Below are positions 12,253 through 25,683 of a DNA stretch of 64,000 bases, piece after piece (the stretch's first letter is position 1; each line of letters opens with the position of its first letter). The stretch is from Octopus sinensis (taxonomy: Eukaryota). The position numbers and the translations under genes are program-made. The notes below the pieces were generated by a model. It saw only the letters and a list, made by a program, of their open reading frames with translations. It was not told the DNA's origin and made no database searches. Location of the stretch: positions 136,586,001 through 136,650,000 of the forward strand of contig NC_042999.1 of assembly GCF_006345805.1 (NCBI RefSeq). The letters are read 5' to 3'.

Positions 12253-12826
12253 CATTATTACTATTATTATTATCAAAGCAGTGAGCTGGCAGAATAGTTA
12301 GCATACCAGACAAAATACTAAGACATTTCTTCCGTCTTTATGCTCCAAAATCAACCTTGCCTGTCATCTATTCGGGGTCAATAAAGTAAGTACCAGTTGA
12401 ACACTGGAGTCAATGTAATTGATTAACACCCTCCCTCAAAATTTCAGGCCTTGTGCTTACAGCAGAAAGGATTACCATAATTATTATAATTATTCTGCCG
12501 AGGTGGACTTTGCCTTTCATCCTTTCGGGGTTGATAAAATATGTACCAGTTGAGCACTAGGGTTGATGTAATTGACTTATCCCCTCCTTTGAACTTGCTG
12601 GCTTTGTGCCAAAATTATTATTATTATTATTGTTAGTATTGTTATTGTTGTTATTAATATTCCTAAGCTGGCAGAATTGTTAGCATACCAGGCAAAATGC
12701 TTAGCAATATTTTGTCCATCTTCATGGTCTGACTTCAAATTTCGCTTCAAATTCATCTTTTTAGGGATCAATAAAGTACCTATTGAGCACTGAGATCAGC
12801 TAAGCCTTGTGCCTGTAGTAGAAAAA

Positions 12827-12860
<34 letters not shown>

Positions 12861-13185
12861 CTAAGCTGGCAGAATCATCAGCATGCCAGGCAAAATGCTT
12901 AGCAGCATTTTGTCTGTCTTCATGGTCTGACATCAAATTCTGCTGAGGCTGATTTTGCCTTTCATCTTTTTGGAGTCTATAAAATAAGTACCAGTGGAGC
13001 ACTGAGGTCAATGTAATCATCAACTCAATTCCTTTCCCAAAATTGCTGGCCTTGTGCCAAAGTTTGAAACCAATATTTGTTCCAGCTCTTTACATTCTGA
13101 GTCCAAATCTCATCAATGTCAATTTTCACCTTTTATGCTTCTGTAATTGATAAAAAATAATGAACCAGTCAAGTACTAGGGTAAG
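10060..13185. mobile_element. Dense array of about 13 family-A SINE copies or fragments, mostly head-to-tail on +, separated by (ATT)n; contains one family-B SINE on the minus strand at ~11584-11995
   Basis: Repeated ctggcagaat..ttagca / ctgagttcaaat / gcctttcatcctt / aaaataagtaccag / ggccttgtgcc. One inverted copy lies at ~10292-10507. Confidence 0.9.
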
Positions 13186-14805
13186 TTTAAACAAAATACT
13201 GATCTGTGCCAACATGCTGTGGACTAAGATGTTGCAGTAGAACACACATCACTCACTGTCAAGCCATGAGGCTCTAACAAGTGGAGTGACACACCTTTGG
13301 AAGTACAACTGCTATCATCACATATGATCTATCCATAGCATTTTATATTACTGCCAATATAGCATACACATACATCCAATCATTTACAAACACACTCTCT
13401 CCCACTCTCTCTCTCTCTCCAAAACTGAATACCGTTAAAAAGAGATAACACAAAACATAAAAGATGGCTAGTCCCTTAGACTGTAGCATAAATAACTATG
13501 CATATACTGTTATCTCAAGCAAATATTTACATTATCTTTTAATATTTGCGTCAAAGGTCAAAATATATTGGATTACAATGTTATTGACTCAAACAAGCCA
13601 CATAGCTGGTTGTATGTATAAGTACGAGTGAGTATGCTTTTAACTGCAACTAGGAAATTATATGCAAAAGAAAAGCTAACCATTGATAATAAAATATATT
13701 AGTTATGTCATATGTTAAATTTTCTTTGTCAGTTTATCACAATGGTTGTGAATCCTCTCATTGTTATATAAGGAAATATGATCTGAGCAAGTCTATCATA
13801 GAATACCAATCATAACTTTTCAATCAGTATGGAAAACAGGATAAATGATAAAGATATAATTAATGAGCTCAAAGAATTAAAGGAAGAATAAAGTAATACT
13901 AATTAAAGGGGAATGGAATTTCATAGAATAGCAATCCTTGGATTGTACGTTTTGAATAGAGTATCAAAGAAGAGACACAGTAAGGATGGTGAAGAATAGC
14001 TAGTCGGAAGTTAACAGATTTCAAAGAACGTTGAGAAAAATCAAAAAGTTCTAAGGAAGTTCCTCTAAGTATTGTTAGATCTAGCAGAGTTGAGAGAATA
14101 AATCACAATGCTGGATCAAGTATTGAATATTTTTCAGTAAAGGAAACTAAATCAATAATACAAATGGTTTTCTTCTGAATAGTGCAGCATTATACTCCTT
14201 ATGATCTTCCATACTCTCTTGTATCTCAGTCTCTCTCTCTCTCTGACTCAGATGCATACATACACACAATCATGTACACACACATTAATAAGTTCTATGA
14301 TAGTTATTACCAGCAGCCAATCAACTGTGTTCAACTCTCTTGGCACTGAAATGTTATTAGTCACATGACGTTCTTTGACATAAAGTTACTACTGGTCATG
14401 TGACCATTTCTGACTAGTGAGGAAAACAACTTAAACTGCTATTGATTAACGAAATTGTACCAAGGAGCTGAATTGACCAATCAAAGAGACATCTCACCAA
14501 GTGTCTTTTGGAACCTCAAGACTATTTATAAACCTAAGATTTATTTCAGATTCAGTGACAATATCTTTCAGGACAGTCTACCATTTTGAATCTCATACAA
14601 ATCACACCATAAATGTTAATTATGATATTCCATTTCACACATGAGTTCTTGCTAGCACTATCAACAAAAGCATGTATTTCCAACTAAATTCCATTGTGCA
14701 TTATAAATCTTTTACTTCACTCAAAATATATGTTTCCTCTCAAAAAACAAATACTTGTCTAGATATTTTGAGCTCCCAAGCTTTGTGAACTGATCAATGA
14801 ATTAA

Positions 14806-15285
14806 GCACCCCATATAGTACCCCAACAAATTTTTTAGTTTTTGGAATTTTCAGAAAATTTTACGAATGTGTTCTACACATGAGAATCCATACAAATATG
14901 AAAAAAATTTTCTTTTGTATGCGATTTAAGGGTGGTTTAGCTGTTGTTTTAGCACATTTCACAGCCACCCAATATCTTCCTTGTTTTGATGTCACTCTGA
15001 CATGTATTAATGTTTTGCAATAATTTTCACCCCATAAACACATTCAATGGAATGATGATTCACCCAAGGGTGGACCATTGCTTAGATTTAAGAAAAAAAT
15101 TCACTTCATATTTTAAACTCTGATTTAAAATGAAATTTGGAAAAGAGTAGAAATTTTAGGATTCATGGGTGTGGGGGTAAACTTGTTTTTTCATAATTGT
15201 ATGAATTCCCATGTGTAGAACAGAAATTTGCGAAACTTTTCTGAAAATTCCAAAAACTTAGGTTATGAGGTGTTATATGAGACAC
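14806..15285. mobile_element. Long-TIR MITE with TTAA flanks (Kolobok-like; superfamily uncertain)
   Basis: ~100-bp imperfect inverted repeats (tttttggaattttcagaaaa..gttctacacatg / catgtgtagaac..ttttctgaaaattccaaaaa); TTAA at 14802-14805 and 15286-15289. Confidence 0.7.
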
Positions 15286-15366
15286 TTAAACCAGAATTCT
15301 ACCAACAATTTTTCCTAGCTTCACTAAATAGTAACATTAGACAAATATTCTTCACATATAAAAATG

Positions 15367-15969
15367 GATGCACATGGTGGAGATGTAAATGGAACTCTCC
15401 CCCTCTATAAATTTTTTTTTTACAGAATCCCACATTTTAGGCAATGGAGATTCCAATTCTGAAAAAAAAATTTCAAAAATAGCAACTCCAAAATTTCAAC
15501 ACCACACCCAGTTCTTAATTTTTCACTTTTTCCTGAATTTTCTTTCTTGCAAAATATAAAGATTATGATTCTGAAAAAATTTTGAGTAGATTGATTACAT
15601 ATTTCTTTCATTATGTTATCGCACTTTTAAGAGATTTGGCTGTTATTTCTAGCATGTGGACATCCTGCTTGAAAGCTAAGGCCATAGAATTGGGAGGGGA
15701 GGTGGTTGGGATATTTTTTTTTTTTTTGTAAAATTAAAATCTTACAATTTTTTTCAGAAGCATAATCTCCATAATTTTCATATTTTGCAAAAAAAGTTTC
15801 CGGAAAAAGTGAAGAATGAAGAAATAGGGGTGGAATTGAAATTTTGAAGTTGCGATTTTTGAAAATTTCTTTTCAGAATCAGAATCTCAATATCCTAAAA
15901 CGTGGGATTCTGAAAAAAAAAAAATTATTAAAGAGGTGGGGTTCCATTTACGTCTCCGTTATGTGAGCC
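15367..15969. mobile_element. Foldback MITE with ~220-bp TIRs and 8-bp TSD (Mutator- or Merlin-like)
   Basis: ggagatgtaaatggaac..cagaatcccac / gtgggattctg..gttccatttacgtctcc; TAAAAATG at 15359-15366 and 15970-15977. Confidence 0.8.
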
Positions 15970-16851
15970 TAAAAATGTGTATTAGCAATTTACCAAACAT
16001 AATACATGTTAAAAATATGCCACAATTTTTTTTCCCTTCATGCTTATTAATGCATTTGAATTTTGTTTTGTCGAGAAGTGTGTTGGTCACCATTGTCACT
16101 GTGGTTTTGGTGTAAGATTATTATGGATTAGACTGGGATGCGTGTGTTGTAAACAGAAATAAAACTTCATGAATGTTTTATAATATATTTAAGGAAAGTG
16201 CATACATAGATATATAACCACAGATTTTCAGGGACTCGCTGTAGAGAGATATAGGGAACAACTTCTGTAGTGTCTCAATACTACAGTCATTAGAGGTTTA
16301 CACTAAACACAAAAACGAATTACTCTTGAATGAAAATCAAGATATGAGCTGATCTGAATCTACTTACATCTCTGGTTTGCTTTGAGCTAGAGTGAAATAA
16401 CGTCTTTAACTCTGTTTACTCAACCATTGGTTTTTTTTTTTTTGGTGCAAAAGAGATGATAGTCTGCTGAATCTTGCTCTGGCCTGGCTTGCTTGTGGTA
16501 AAAGATGAGTTGTATGTTATGTCTTCCCTGGTTGCTCTCAATTGCTGCTAAAATTCTTGGCACCAAACCACTGATAGCTAGAGGAAAAGTGTGTGAGAAC
16601 CTCAATGACATTCACTTTTGTTCGAACTTTGAGGCATGATCTCATGCAAGTCAATTGGACAATAAACAGCACATACATGTAATAATTGCATGGTCCATTT
16701 GTGGTACTGGCCAAAGAACTTAGAGAATGGGGTTCAAATCCTAGGTCTTGCCATAGTTTTAAATGCCTTGTATTATTGTTATATTTTCATGAAAATATCT
16801 TGCTTGTCTTTTGAAAACTTGATGATGTTCTGTCTTTCTAAGTGCTATTAA

Positions 16852-17072
16852 CCCTTTAGCATTTAAACTGGCCATATCAGGCCCAAAGATTCTACATCTG
16901 TTATGTCCAAACTGACCAAAATTCAGCCTCTCAAACCTACCATATAATATCATTCTAAAAAATATACTATCACATCATTGAAATCTAGAAGCAGTGAGAT
17001 AATGCATGATTAAGTAAAGCCAATTTGAACAAAAACATTACACTTGACAGAATAAATATGAATGCTAAAGGG
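16852..17072. mobile_element. piggyBac-like MITE
   Basis: TTAA-CCCTTTAGCATT ... AATGCTAAAGGG-TTAA. Confidence 0.88.
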
Positions 17073-17287
17073 TTAAGCCTCATGAATCTTTGACATTCTT
17101 ATTTATTGTGTCAGATGAACATGTATACATCATACACACATAATGCTACCAACGGTAACCCTAACATGATGAAAACATACTTTCTATGGAATTCTAGAAT
17201 ACTAGTGATCAAGGGATACACAACATCCCCAAAAATGACAACAGAGTTGATATTGCAATAATTTAACAAAAGCTCTACTGTTTAGAC

Positions 17288-17538
17288 TAGTGTTTCTCAA
17301 CCATTTTTTACCTATGGACTCTTTTATTCCTATTTTACTTAGGTGGACCCTCCTAGCTGTTTGATGTTTAAGAAAATCACATATTTTTACAATTAAATAT
17401 TATTAGGAATTGTATAGAAATAATTATTGAAATATTCTGTATTGCAGAAGTATGACCAGTTTATTGCAGATAATTTTAACAAAAAAAAATCTTATAGGAA
17501 CCCTCAAGGGCCATATTGACCCCAGATGAGAACGACTA
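17288..17538. mobile_element. hAT (Charlie-like) MITE
   Basis: TIRs tagtgtttctcaac / gatgagaacgacta; 8-bp flanks gtttagac / gtttggaa. Confidence 0.7.
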
Positions 17539-18054
17539 GTTTGGAACAAAAATACATACACTAAGTGAAAATATATACTCTAAAATGAATGTTTTAAAAG
17601 GATTTAATGAATGTTTTAAAAGGATTTAATAGGACATTATTATAAATGCACTTAAATCAACATTTATGAGTGTCAGGAAATAGGGAGTTGGCTTTTTAGA
17701 TTTACATTCAATGCTTTATACAGAAAGATATACATGTCACTCAAAGAACAAATGTGTGGTCTGTTGTAATTTAGGCATCCAAAGGACAATTTAATACATT
17801 TATGATAATTTAGTAAATTCCTTGGTGAGTACCACTTAATTCCAATTTTAGAAGATTTTTATTTACATATATATGTGTATACATATATATAGATATATTT
17901 CTCTTTCACTTTTACTTATGTCAGTCATTTGACTGTGGCCATGCTGGAGCACCGCCTTTAGTCGAGCCCAGTACTTATTCTTTGGAAGCCTAGTACTTAT
18001 TCTATCGGTCTCTTTTGCCAAACCACTAAGCTACGGGGACATAAACACACCACC

Positions 18055-20210
18055 ATCTGATGCTTCTTAGGTCCAACTTTTCTCTCAAGGTACTTACACT
18101 GTTGAGTATGCACACTGACATTACACATCCATCGGATCACACTGGCTTCATTCCTTGCAAGCTTACACATGTCCTCAGCAGTCACGGCCCATGTTTCACT
18201 GCCATGTAGCATGGCTGTTCATACACATGTGTCATACAGTCTACCTTTTACTCTGAGCAAGAGGCCCTTTGTCACCAGCAGAGGTAAGAGCTCTCTGAAC
18301 TTTGCCCAGGCTATTCTTATTCTAGCAGCTACACTTTCAGCACACCCTGCACCACTACTGACTTGGTCACCTGGGTAATGGAAGCTAGCAACTACTTCTA
18401 GTTTTTCTCCCTGGAATGTGGCAAAAGTTGTTCTCCGCACATTTTCAGTGTTTATTGCTCCTGAGCATCTGCCACATACAAAAACTATCTTCCCAGTTAG
18501 CCTTCCTTTGATATTGCTGCACCTCATATGTGTTCATAGCTTACACTAGGTACATCTTATAGAGTTTCTACCTACGCCTTTTCTATAGATCAAGCAGGGT
18601 CATCTACCTGAAGGGATTTGTGGTTTGCCTGCTTTCCTACTTATTAAGACTTTGGTTTTAGCTAGGTAGACTCTAAGGCCCTTTGATTCTAATCCTTGCT
18701 TCCACACCTGAAACTTCTCCTCTAGTTCTGATAGTGACTCAGCAATTAGAGCAAGGTTATCAGCATAGAGGGATGCCCAGGGGCATCCTGTCTTGAATTC
18801 CTCTGTTATAGCCTGGAGGATTATGATAAATAGGAGGGGGCTAAGGATTTCTTCACTGTACTCGTTGCCAACCCTCACCTTACTGACAGCGTCCCTGTAC
18901 ATGGCTTGCACAGCTTTCACTAACCATTCATCTATCCCTAATTTCCTCTTTGACCACCAGATAAGGGATTGGGGGACCTTGTCAAAGGCTTTTTCCATGT
19001 CAACAAAAGCCCGGTACAGAGGTTTATTTTTGGCTAGGTATTTCTCCTGCAGCTGTCTTACCAGAAATATAGCATCAGTGGTGCTTTTCCCTGGCATGAA
19101 CCCAAACTGCATCTCATCTAAACTGACTCTCTCCCTAATTTGTTGGGCTATGACCCTCTCCGTGACCTTCATTACCTGATCCAACAACTTGATACCTCTG
19201 TTATTATTTGTATTTAAAATGTCACCTTTACCTTTGTAGCAGTTGACTATAGTGCTGCTACACCAGTCATTGGGTATGACTCCTTTGTGTGTCACCTGGT
19301 TAAATATATGAGTGACTAGGCTATAGCTGACACTGTCAGATATTTTGAGCATCTCTACAATGATTCCTGATGGGCCAAGGGATTTCCCTATCTTCATACT
19401 CTTAATTGCTTTATCTACCAAGGTACTGTCCACTCAGATAGCTGGTCCCTCTTTCTCTCATTCATTTTCTTTATTCAGCAACCTTTCATAATGGTATCTC
19501 CAAACCTCTCTCTTTGCAGCCTCGTTTAGTGCAAGTGAACCATCATCCATGCGAACACATTTCTCTCTTACAACATCACGATTCTCTCTCACACACTGTC
19601 TTGCAACATGAAATACCTCAGGTCTTTGGTCCTCACGGTGCAGAACATTGGCAAATTTTTTATCTGCTTCTCCTCTGGCTAAATAAACCTACCTCCTAGC
19701 TTCCTTTCTGGCAGTCTGATACAATTCCCTGCTACCACTGTTCTTCCAGTCCTTCCAAGCCTGTCTCTTTTCTCTGATAGCCCTATCAACAACATTGTTC
19801 CACCACCATGTTATTTTGGGTCAAGAGGGGACTTTGCACCATCCACAGATCTGGTCAGTAGCCATCAGCAGGTTGTCCTGTAGAAACCTCCAGTTGTCTT
19901 CTACATCGTGTGAAGCTATATCCCCTTCTATTTCATCAAAGGCTTCGAGTAATATGTCTCTAAATCTCTGTCCATTTGCAGGATCTTTAAGATTCCTGAC
20001 CCTTCTCCTCTATGCTGGTCGTCTTCTGGGCATCCAGTTAGCCCTGATCCTGATGTCACTAACTACCAGTCTATGTTGTGGAGTACATTCTTCGCCTGGG
20101 AAGGTTTTGGCATTTATAAGCAGCATCTTTCCCTTTTTGTGGTGAGGATGTAGTCAATTTGGCTAGTGTGTCTACCAGAACGGTAGGTTACTAGGTGACT
20201 GGCAGGCCCC
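18055..20210 (-). pseudogene. RTE-clade LINE ORF (APE C-terminus, RT, inserted Cys/His finger, thumb), disrupted
   Basis: HLVTYRSGRHTSQIDYIL; MQFGFMPGKSTTDAIFLVRQLQEKY; FVDMEKAFDKVP; LSPLLF; LYADNLALIA; FHYPGDQVS; AWAKFRELLPLL; LHGSETWA. Stops and a deletion of the GVHQGS motif are present. Confidence 0.93.
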
Positions 20211-21259
20211 AGATATGTGAAGAGTAAAACAACAAATGGAGTGGAAATTCTGTCTGTGGGTGTGTTTGTGGAGATGTTAGCTAATCATTTTATTGATTAG
20301 TTAACAGCTGTTTCATAATCTGTGTTAGTTACATAAGCAATGTTAAATCATCTGTCATACACCCAAAATATAACAGTACTGTAACATAATGAACAGGCTA
20401 CTTCTTCAGAACATTTCATAGCAGGTTACAACTCTGTGAGCTATTTGATGTTTATGTATATAGAAATATATGTGTGTGTGTGAATTTATTTTCAACCTAC
20501 ACAACATCCGCTGGGATTCATGTTTTTTTTTAGTGGTATATATTTGAATCTTGTAGAGAGTTAACAGAAGTTCAAAACTGAAGTATTTCTTTGTTTAGAG
20601 AGAAAGCCAGTTTTACATGATATGGTTTTGACAATACTAAATATATTTTAAAATACTGACAATGTCCCATTTGTCAATGTTAAATGCTTTTACATTGTTA
20701 TAAATATGAATTTCTAGAGACTACTGAAAATAATAATTCTTAATATTTATGATGGAGGGATTTTTTTTAAACTTGTAGTTTTTTAAGTTACTACATATTG
20801 CTGTAAATAAGTAGAATGTAGTCTTATTGTATGCAGAATGTAAATAAATTGCTTCATGAGAAAATATACCTGAGATGAAAAAGGAAACTGAAAACCATTC
20901 CAGTATAAACGATGATGATGATGATGATTCTATTGAATCACTATTTAAAACCCAAGTCTGAGTGGTACCTTCAAAACCTAATTTGTTGTGTAACCTTTGT
21001 TTTAAATATAGTCACACCAAAATTTAGTTCATTTTTTTCTTATGCTTTTGCACATAAGCTGATTGTATGAAAGAATTTGTAGAGTACTAAATTGCTACAG
21101 AATATATATTTCCTCACTATTTTGAAACTGCTACAGTGCAAGGAAACTACTGCTAATTTGTAATGGCAAAGCTTAGTTTTGTAAAGTGGACAAAACTAAA
21201 TAAGTTGTGTGGAGAGAATTCTAATTTTCTCAGCAGGGAATTTCCTCCTTGGACATTGG

Positions 21260-21463
21260 CTTCAAATTTTTGGCACAGGGCCAGTAATTTTGTGGGAGAA
21301 GCTAAATTAGTTAGATCAACCCTAGTGCTCAACTAGTACTTATTTTATTCAAGATAAAAAGTAAAGTCAACCTAGGTGGCATTTGAACTCAGAAAGTAAA
21401 GATGGACAAAATGCTGCCAAGCATTTTGCCTGGCATGCTAACAATTCTGCCAGGTTGCCACCT
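21260..21463 (-). mobile_element. Family-A SINE
   Basis: Reverse complement of the family-A motifs. Confidence 0.8.
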
Positions 21464-23159
21464 TATTTCATCCATTAATATTAAAATTTATTTTTATCCA
21501 AGACATATGAATTTCACCTTGTGGGTAAGATAATAATTTTTCACATAGAACAAGGCCTCATATTTACAAAGAAAAGGAAAAGTTGCAGGTTTATGATATT
21601 TATATTTAGGGTCTTACCCAAAGATATTGGCTTTGTAAGTGGAACAAAGTAACCTCAGTTGGGATGAGAAATGTTCACAAAGAAAATGTTTATGAAACAC
21701 AACTTCTACTTGTAGGAGACTGGTTGTGATTGATCCCAATTAAAACAAAAAATTACGATCTACTCAAAGAAGAAAACACAATGCCAATGACTTTTATCAG
21801 GCTTTTAAACCTGAAGTGAATTATTTTCAGGAGAGGATCCTGGCCCAAATGTTTCCAACAGAATGAACATCAAAAGCTTAAGTGGTGATGTAAATGAGGA
21901 GATAGATTAAGCCTATAAACCAGAAAAAAAAATGTACCGTCTGATAAGCTTCCACACAGTTTCCTTCAACAAAATTTAACTCACAAGACTTTGGTTGATC
22001 CAAAAGACATTTGCTGAATGTGCAGCATAGTGGTTTTGAACTTGAAACCATGTAGTTTCAAAACAAACTTCTTAACCATGAGACTTCATTATCAGTTAGA
22101 GAGTATCTACTAAGCCAACACCTTAAGTAGAATAAATTGTTTCTCTGTTTTGTCTCAAGAAATTTCATAGTCTCTTAGCATCAGTAGGGTAGACTGTTCT
22201 ACTAATTCTACATTAAAATCTTACAAGCTAAAGTCATAACTTGATTCATGAGGCAATTCTTTGTTGAAAGAGTAAATAAACAGTTATTTATTTGTTACAT
22301 ATATGTTTACAAATGATACATATTGTTCTGCACATTAAGACAATAAAAGTTGTTAATATCCTATATTTACAAGCATTGTATGTTGGACATTAGTAAAATA
22401 GTCAATTCAATTAGCTTGTGGAGATAAAAGAGCATAGTTAAAAGAGCAGTTAAAAGAGCAGAAACAATTTATAGCATCTAATTTTGAGAGACAGAATGGC
22501 AAATGATGAAAGATATAATTAGTAATGCTGCCAGCTAGTAAACTATAGAGATGTGGTTCAAATCCCAGCAGTAGGCTTGTGTCTTTCTGCCTAAAATTGG
22601 TGCTTGTTATGTCTAATATTCTACCCTTTTGATGTTAACAATAAACAGTCAGTTTAGAGAAATATGTCCAAAGTTTGTTTCATATTTCTTACCTCTTGCC
22701 AGTTATTATCAACATCAAATATCAAAGCAATGAGGGAAAGTTTCTTTTAGTTGCTCATATGTAAAGATTAGTATAAACCCAACAATCTACAAAGAAAATG
22801 CTTAAAACCTAAAATCAGGATTTTTTTTTTAAAAGCTAACCAGCTTTAAATATTACAATTATACTAACAAATTATGTTGAACATATAAGCTTTCAAGTAG
22901 CAGATCAAACAGCAGTTATAACCTTTATCATCTAATAACCATGTCATAAAAATCTGACTGAATGTTAGATTAAATAAATTTTCCATTAGGAACAGAAAGA
23001 CATAGACTTTTCATTGAAACCATATATTTGAAGATGAAAGTTAAGCAAACTGTCCAAGTTAGTTTTCATTTGATTTTGAAGTGGTATGACCTTAACAACA
23101 ACAACAACAACAACAGAAAATAAACAATTAAAAAAAACAACCCTGGAAAAGTCCATGGT

Positions 23160-23325
23160 GTAGGCATAGCTGTATGGTAAGAATCTTGTTTCCTAACCAT
23201 GTGGGTGATCTTGGGTTCAGTCCTACTGCATGGTGACTTAGGCAAATGTCTTTCACTACAGCCCCCAGATTGTCTAAAGCTTTGCAGGTGGATTTGGTAA
23301 ACAGAAACTGAAAGAAACTCATTGT
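23160..23325 (+). mobile_element. Family-B SINE 5' half
   Basis: gctgtatggtaagaa...gggttcagtcctactgcatggtgacttaggcaaatgtc...ggatttggtaaacagaaactgaaagaa. Similar copies lie at ~52840-53000 and ~56238-56385 (+) and ~62700-63035 (-). Confidence 0.8.
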
Positions 23326-23864
23326 ATATATGTATATATCATCGTCATCTTCATCATCATTTAACATTTGTTTTCCATGCTGGCATGGCTTGGATGGTTT
23401 GACAGGAACTAGCAAGTCAGAAGACTGCACCAAACTAGACTGACTGTTTTGGTATGGTTTCTACAGCTTGGTGCCTTTCCTAATGCCAACCACTTTACAG
23501 AGAGTATTGAGTACTTTTTTCACAACACCAGCATTGGTGAGATCACTATGCGACTTGCAAGATAAGACCCTTTTACTGAGAAGCGAGTAGTATTGAGAGA
23601 AATGCAATTCCTTTTTTATGTATCTATAAAGGGTAGTGAATTTGGCACGTCAGGTAGCTAGAAAAATGTTTTACATCTCCTAATTATTGATAGTCTCTCA
23701 TAACAACTAAACACACATCTCCTCCTCCTTTTTTAACATCAGTTTCCCATGCTGGCATGAGTTGAACAGTTTGCCCAGAGCTGGCAAGCAGAAAAGCTGC
23801 ACCAAGTTCCAATCAGGTTTGACTTAGTTTCTGCAGTCAGATGCTTTAAACATGGTATATATCT

Positions 23865-24061
23865 TTTATCTTTATTTATTTCAGTCATTAAACTGTGGCC
23901 ATGCTGGGGCACTGCTCTGAAGAATTTTTAGTCAAGCAAATCGACCCCGGGACTTATTCTTTGTAAGCCCAGTACTTATTCTATCAGTCTCTTTTGCCGA
24001 ACTGCTAAGTGACGGGGACGTAAACAATGCTAGGGGGACAAACACAGGCACACAAACACAT

Positions 24062-24108
<47 letters not shown>

Positions 24109-24520
24109 TACGACAGGCTTCTTTCAGTTTCCATCTACCAAATCCACTCACAAGGCATTGGTCAGCCTGGGGCTATAGCAGAAGATACTTGCCCAAGATA
24201 CCACGCAGTGGGACTGAACCCGGAACCATGTGGTTGGTTAGCAAGCTACTTATCTCACAGCCACTCCTGCACCATTATTTATTCTTTTGTTAAGCCTGAT
24301 ACTTATTTTATCGGTCTCTTTTGCTGAACCACTAAGTTACAGAAACATAAACACACCAACAGTGGATGTCAAGCACTAGTGGGACACACACACATAGCAG
24401 GCTTTTTACAGTTTCTGTCAACCAAATTCACTCACAAGATTTGGTTGGCCCAAGGCTATAATAGAAGACAGTTGCCCAAGGTTTCATGCAGTCAGACTGA
24501 ACCATGTGGTTGGGAAGCAA
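23865..24520 (-). mobile_element. Family-B CORE-like SINE(s): full copy ~23865-24272 and a second partial copy
   Basis: Reverse complement has a tRNA-like head (gggttcagtcccact), CORE-like cttgggcaagt..cttct, internal (TA/TG)n and a tail cagcatggccacagt..tgactgaaa. Confidence 0.85.
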
Positions 24521-25683
24521 GTATCAACAATACCTGAAAGATAATCTATCATTCCTGGACTGGAAACGATTCCAACTTTCAACAGCTACTAACTCTATAG
24601 AAAACAGAAGTGGGCCTCCTGAAAAATATTAATCCCATATTTGGGATAGTCAACTGATACACAGCAACAAATGTTTAGTAAAAAACTCATTCCATAATTG
24701 CTGGTCCACAGATGTAATTGCTGTATCCTTCCAGTGTCTCTTCTGTGACAACAACAATTTCTGCTCCTTAGAACTAATTGCTGTTTATCAGCACCACCAT
24801 CCAGCCTACCTTACAATCATCATCCTTAAGATCCTGTTCCAAAAACTTTACTAAAGTATGTATCCCTAGAACAGCATCTTACTGGAAGATTCCACACAGG
24901 TGGTATTTTCATTATGGTCAGGAATTTGAAGTAATTTAATTTAATCACTCACCTCAATGCCCCTCTCAACCTAAGCATATGTACAAAGGCCACAGGTACT
25001 ACGCCTTTTCTTCAACAAAAATTTATCTCTCGTTATGTTCTTTCAATATGCATAAGTGCATGTATTACTGGAACAAGCATAACTACAGTTTGACATACCA
25101 TCCACCACTAACTTTTTATTTCCTCATAATTTCTGTAGATGACGATTATGTTGATGAAGAGAAAGGAGAAAAAGTTACATATGAACTTTTTCTTTTTGAA
25201 TAAAAATGAAATTTCAAGTTTACAAAAGAATTTCATCCAGCCACTTGCATGTTAATTTCACGAACAGACTATTTCATTAATCGAATAAACAGGAAAACTC
25301 CTCATCGTAACTGACAGAAAGCTAGGGAGCTAGACCTAGCTGAGCAGGAATGCTTAGTTGTAATTCTTCCAACTCTTTAACATTCCAAGTTCATATCCTG
25401 CCAAAGTCAACTTTGTCTTTCATCCTTTCAGGGCCAATAAAATAAGTATCAATCAAGAACTTGCCTCTTCTCAAAAATTACTGGCCTAGTTCCAAAATTA
25501 GAAACAATTATTAAGGAAGTTATAAAGAAATAACAATGTAAGGAGAGGAGGGCTAAACTGTAGTTTGAACAAGATAGATGTATATCTTTTTGGCCATTGT
25601 CATTTTATAAGATTTTGCTGGCAAATTTATTTTGGCTGTAATAAACACACAATTATGATAAAATTCACTCACCATATAATATA

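Noticed and set aside
10060-13185. CRISPR-like or tRNA gene array
   Set aside because: Units are ~200-bp diverged SINEs with A/B-box-like heads; there are no cloverleafs, fixed repeats or spacers.
13850-14220. Possible very old LINE fragment on the minus strand
   Set aside because: Only faint motif echoes with many stops; similar weak cases lie at ~24530-24970 and ~40850-41300.
17586-17630. Short perfect tandem duplications (also ~4012-4090, ~11790-11842, ~27832-27882)
   Set aside because: Ordinary slippage or repair duplications with no shared motif.
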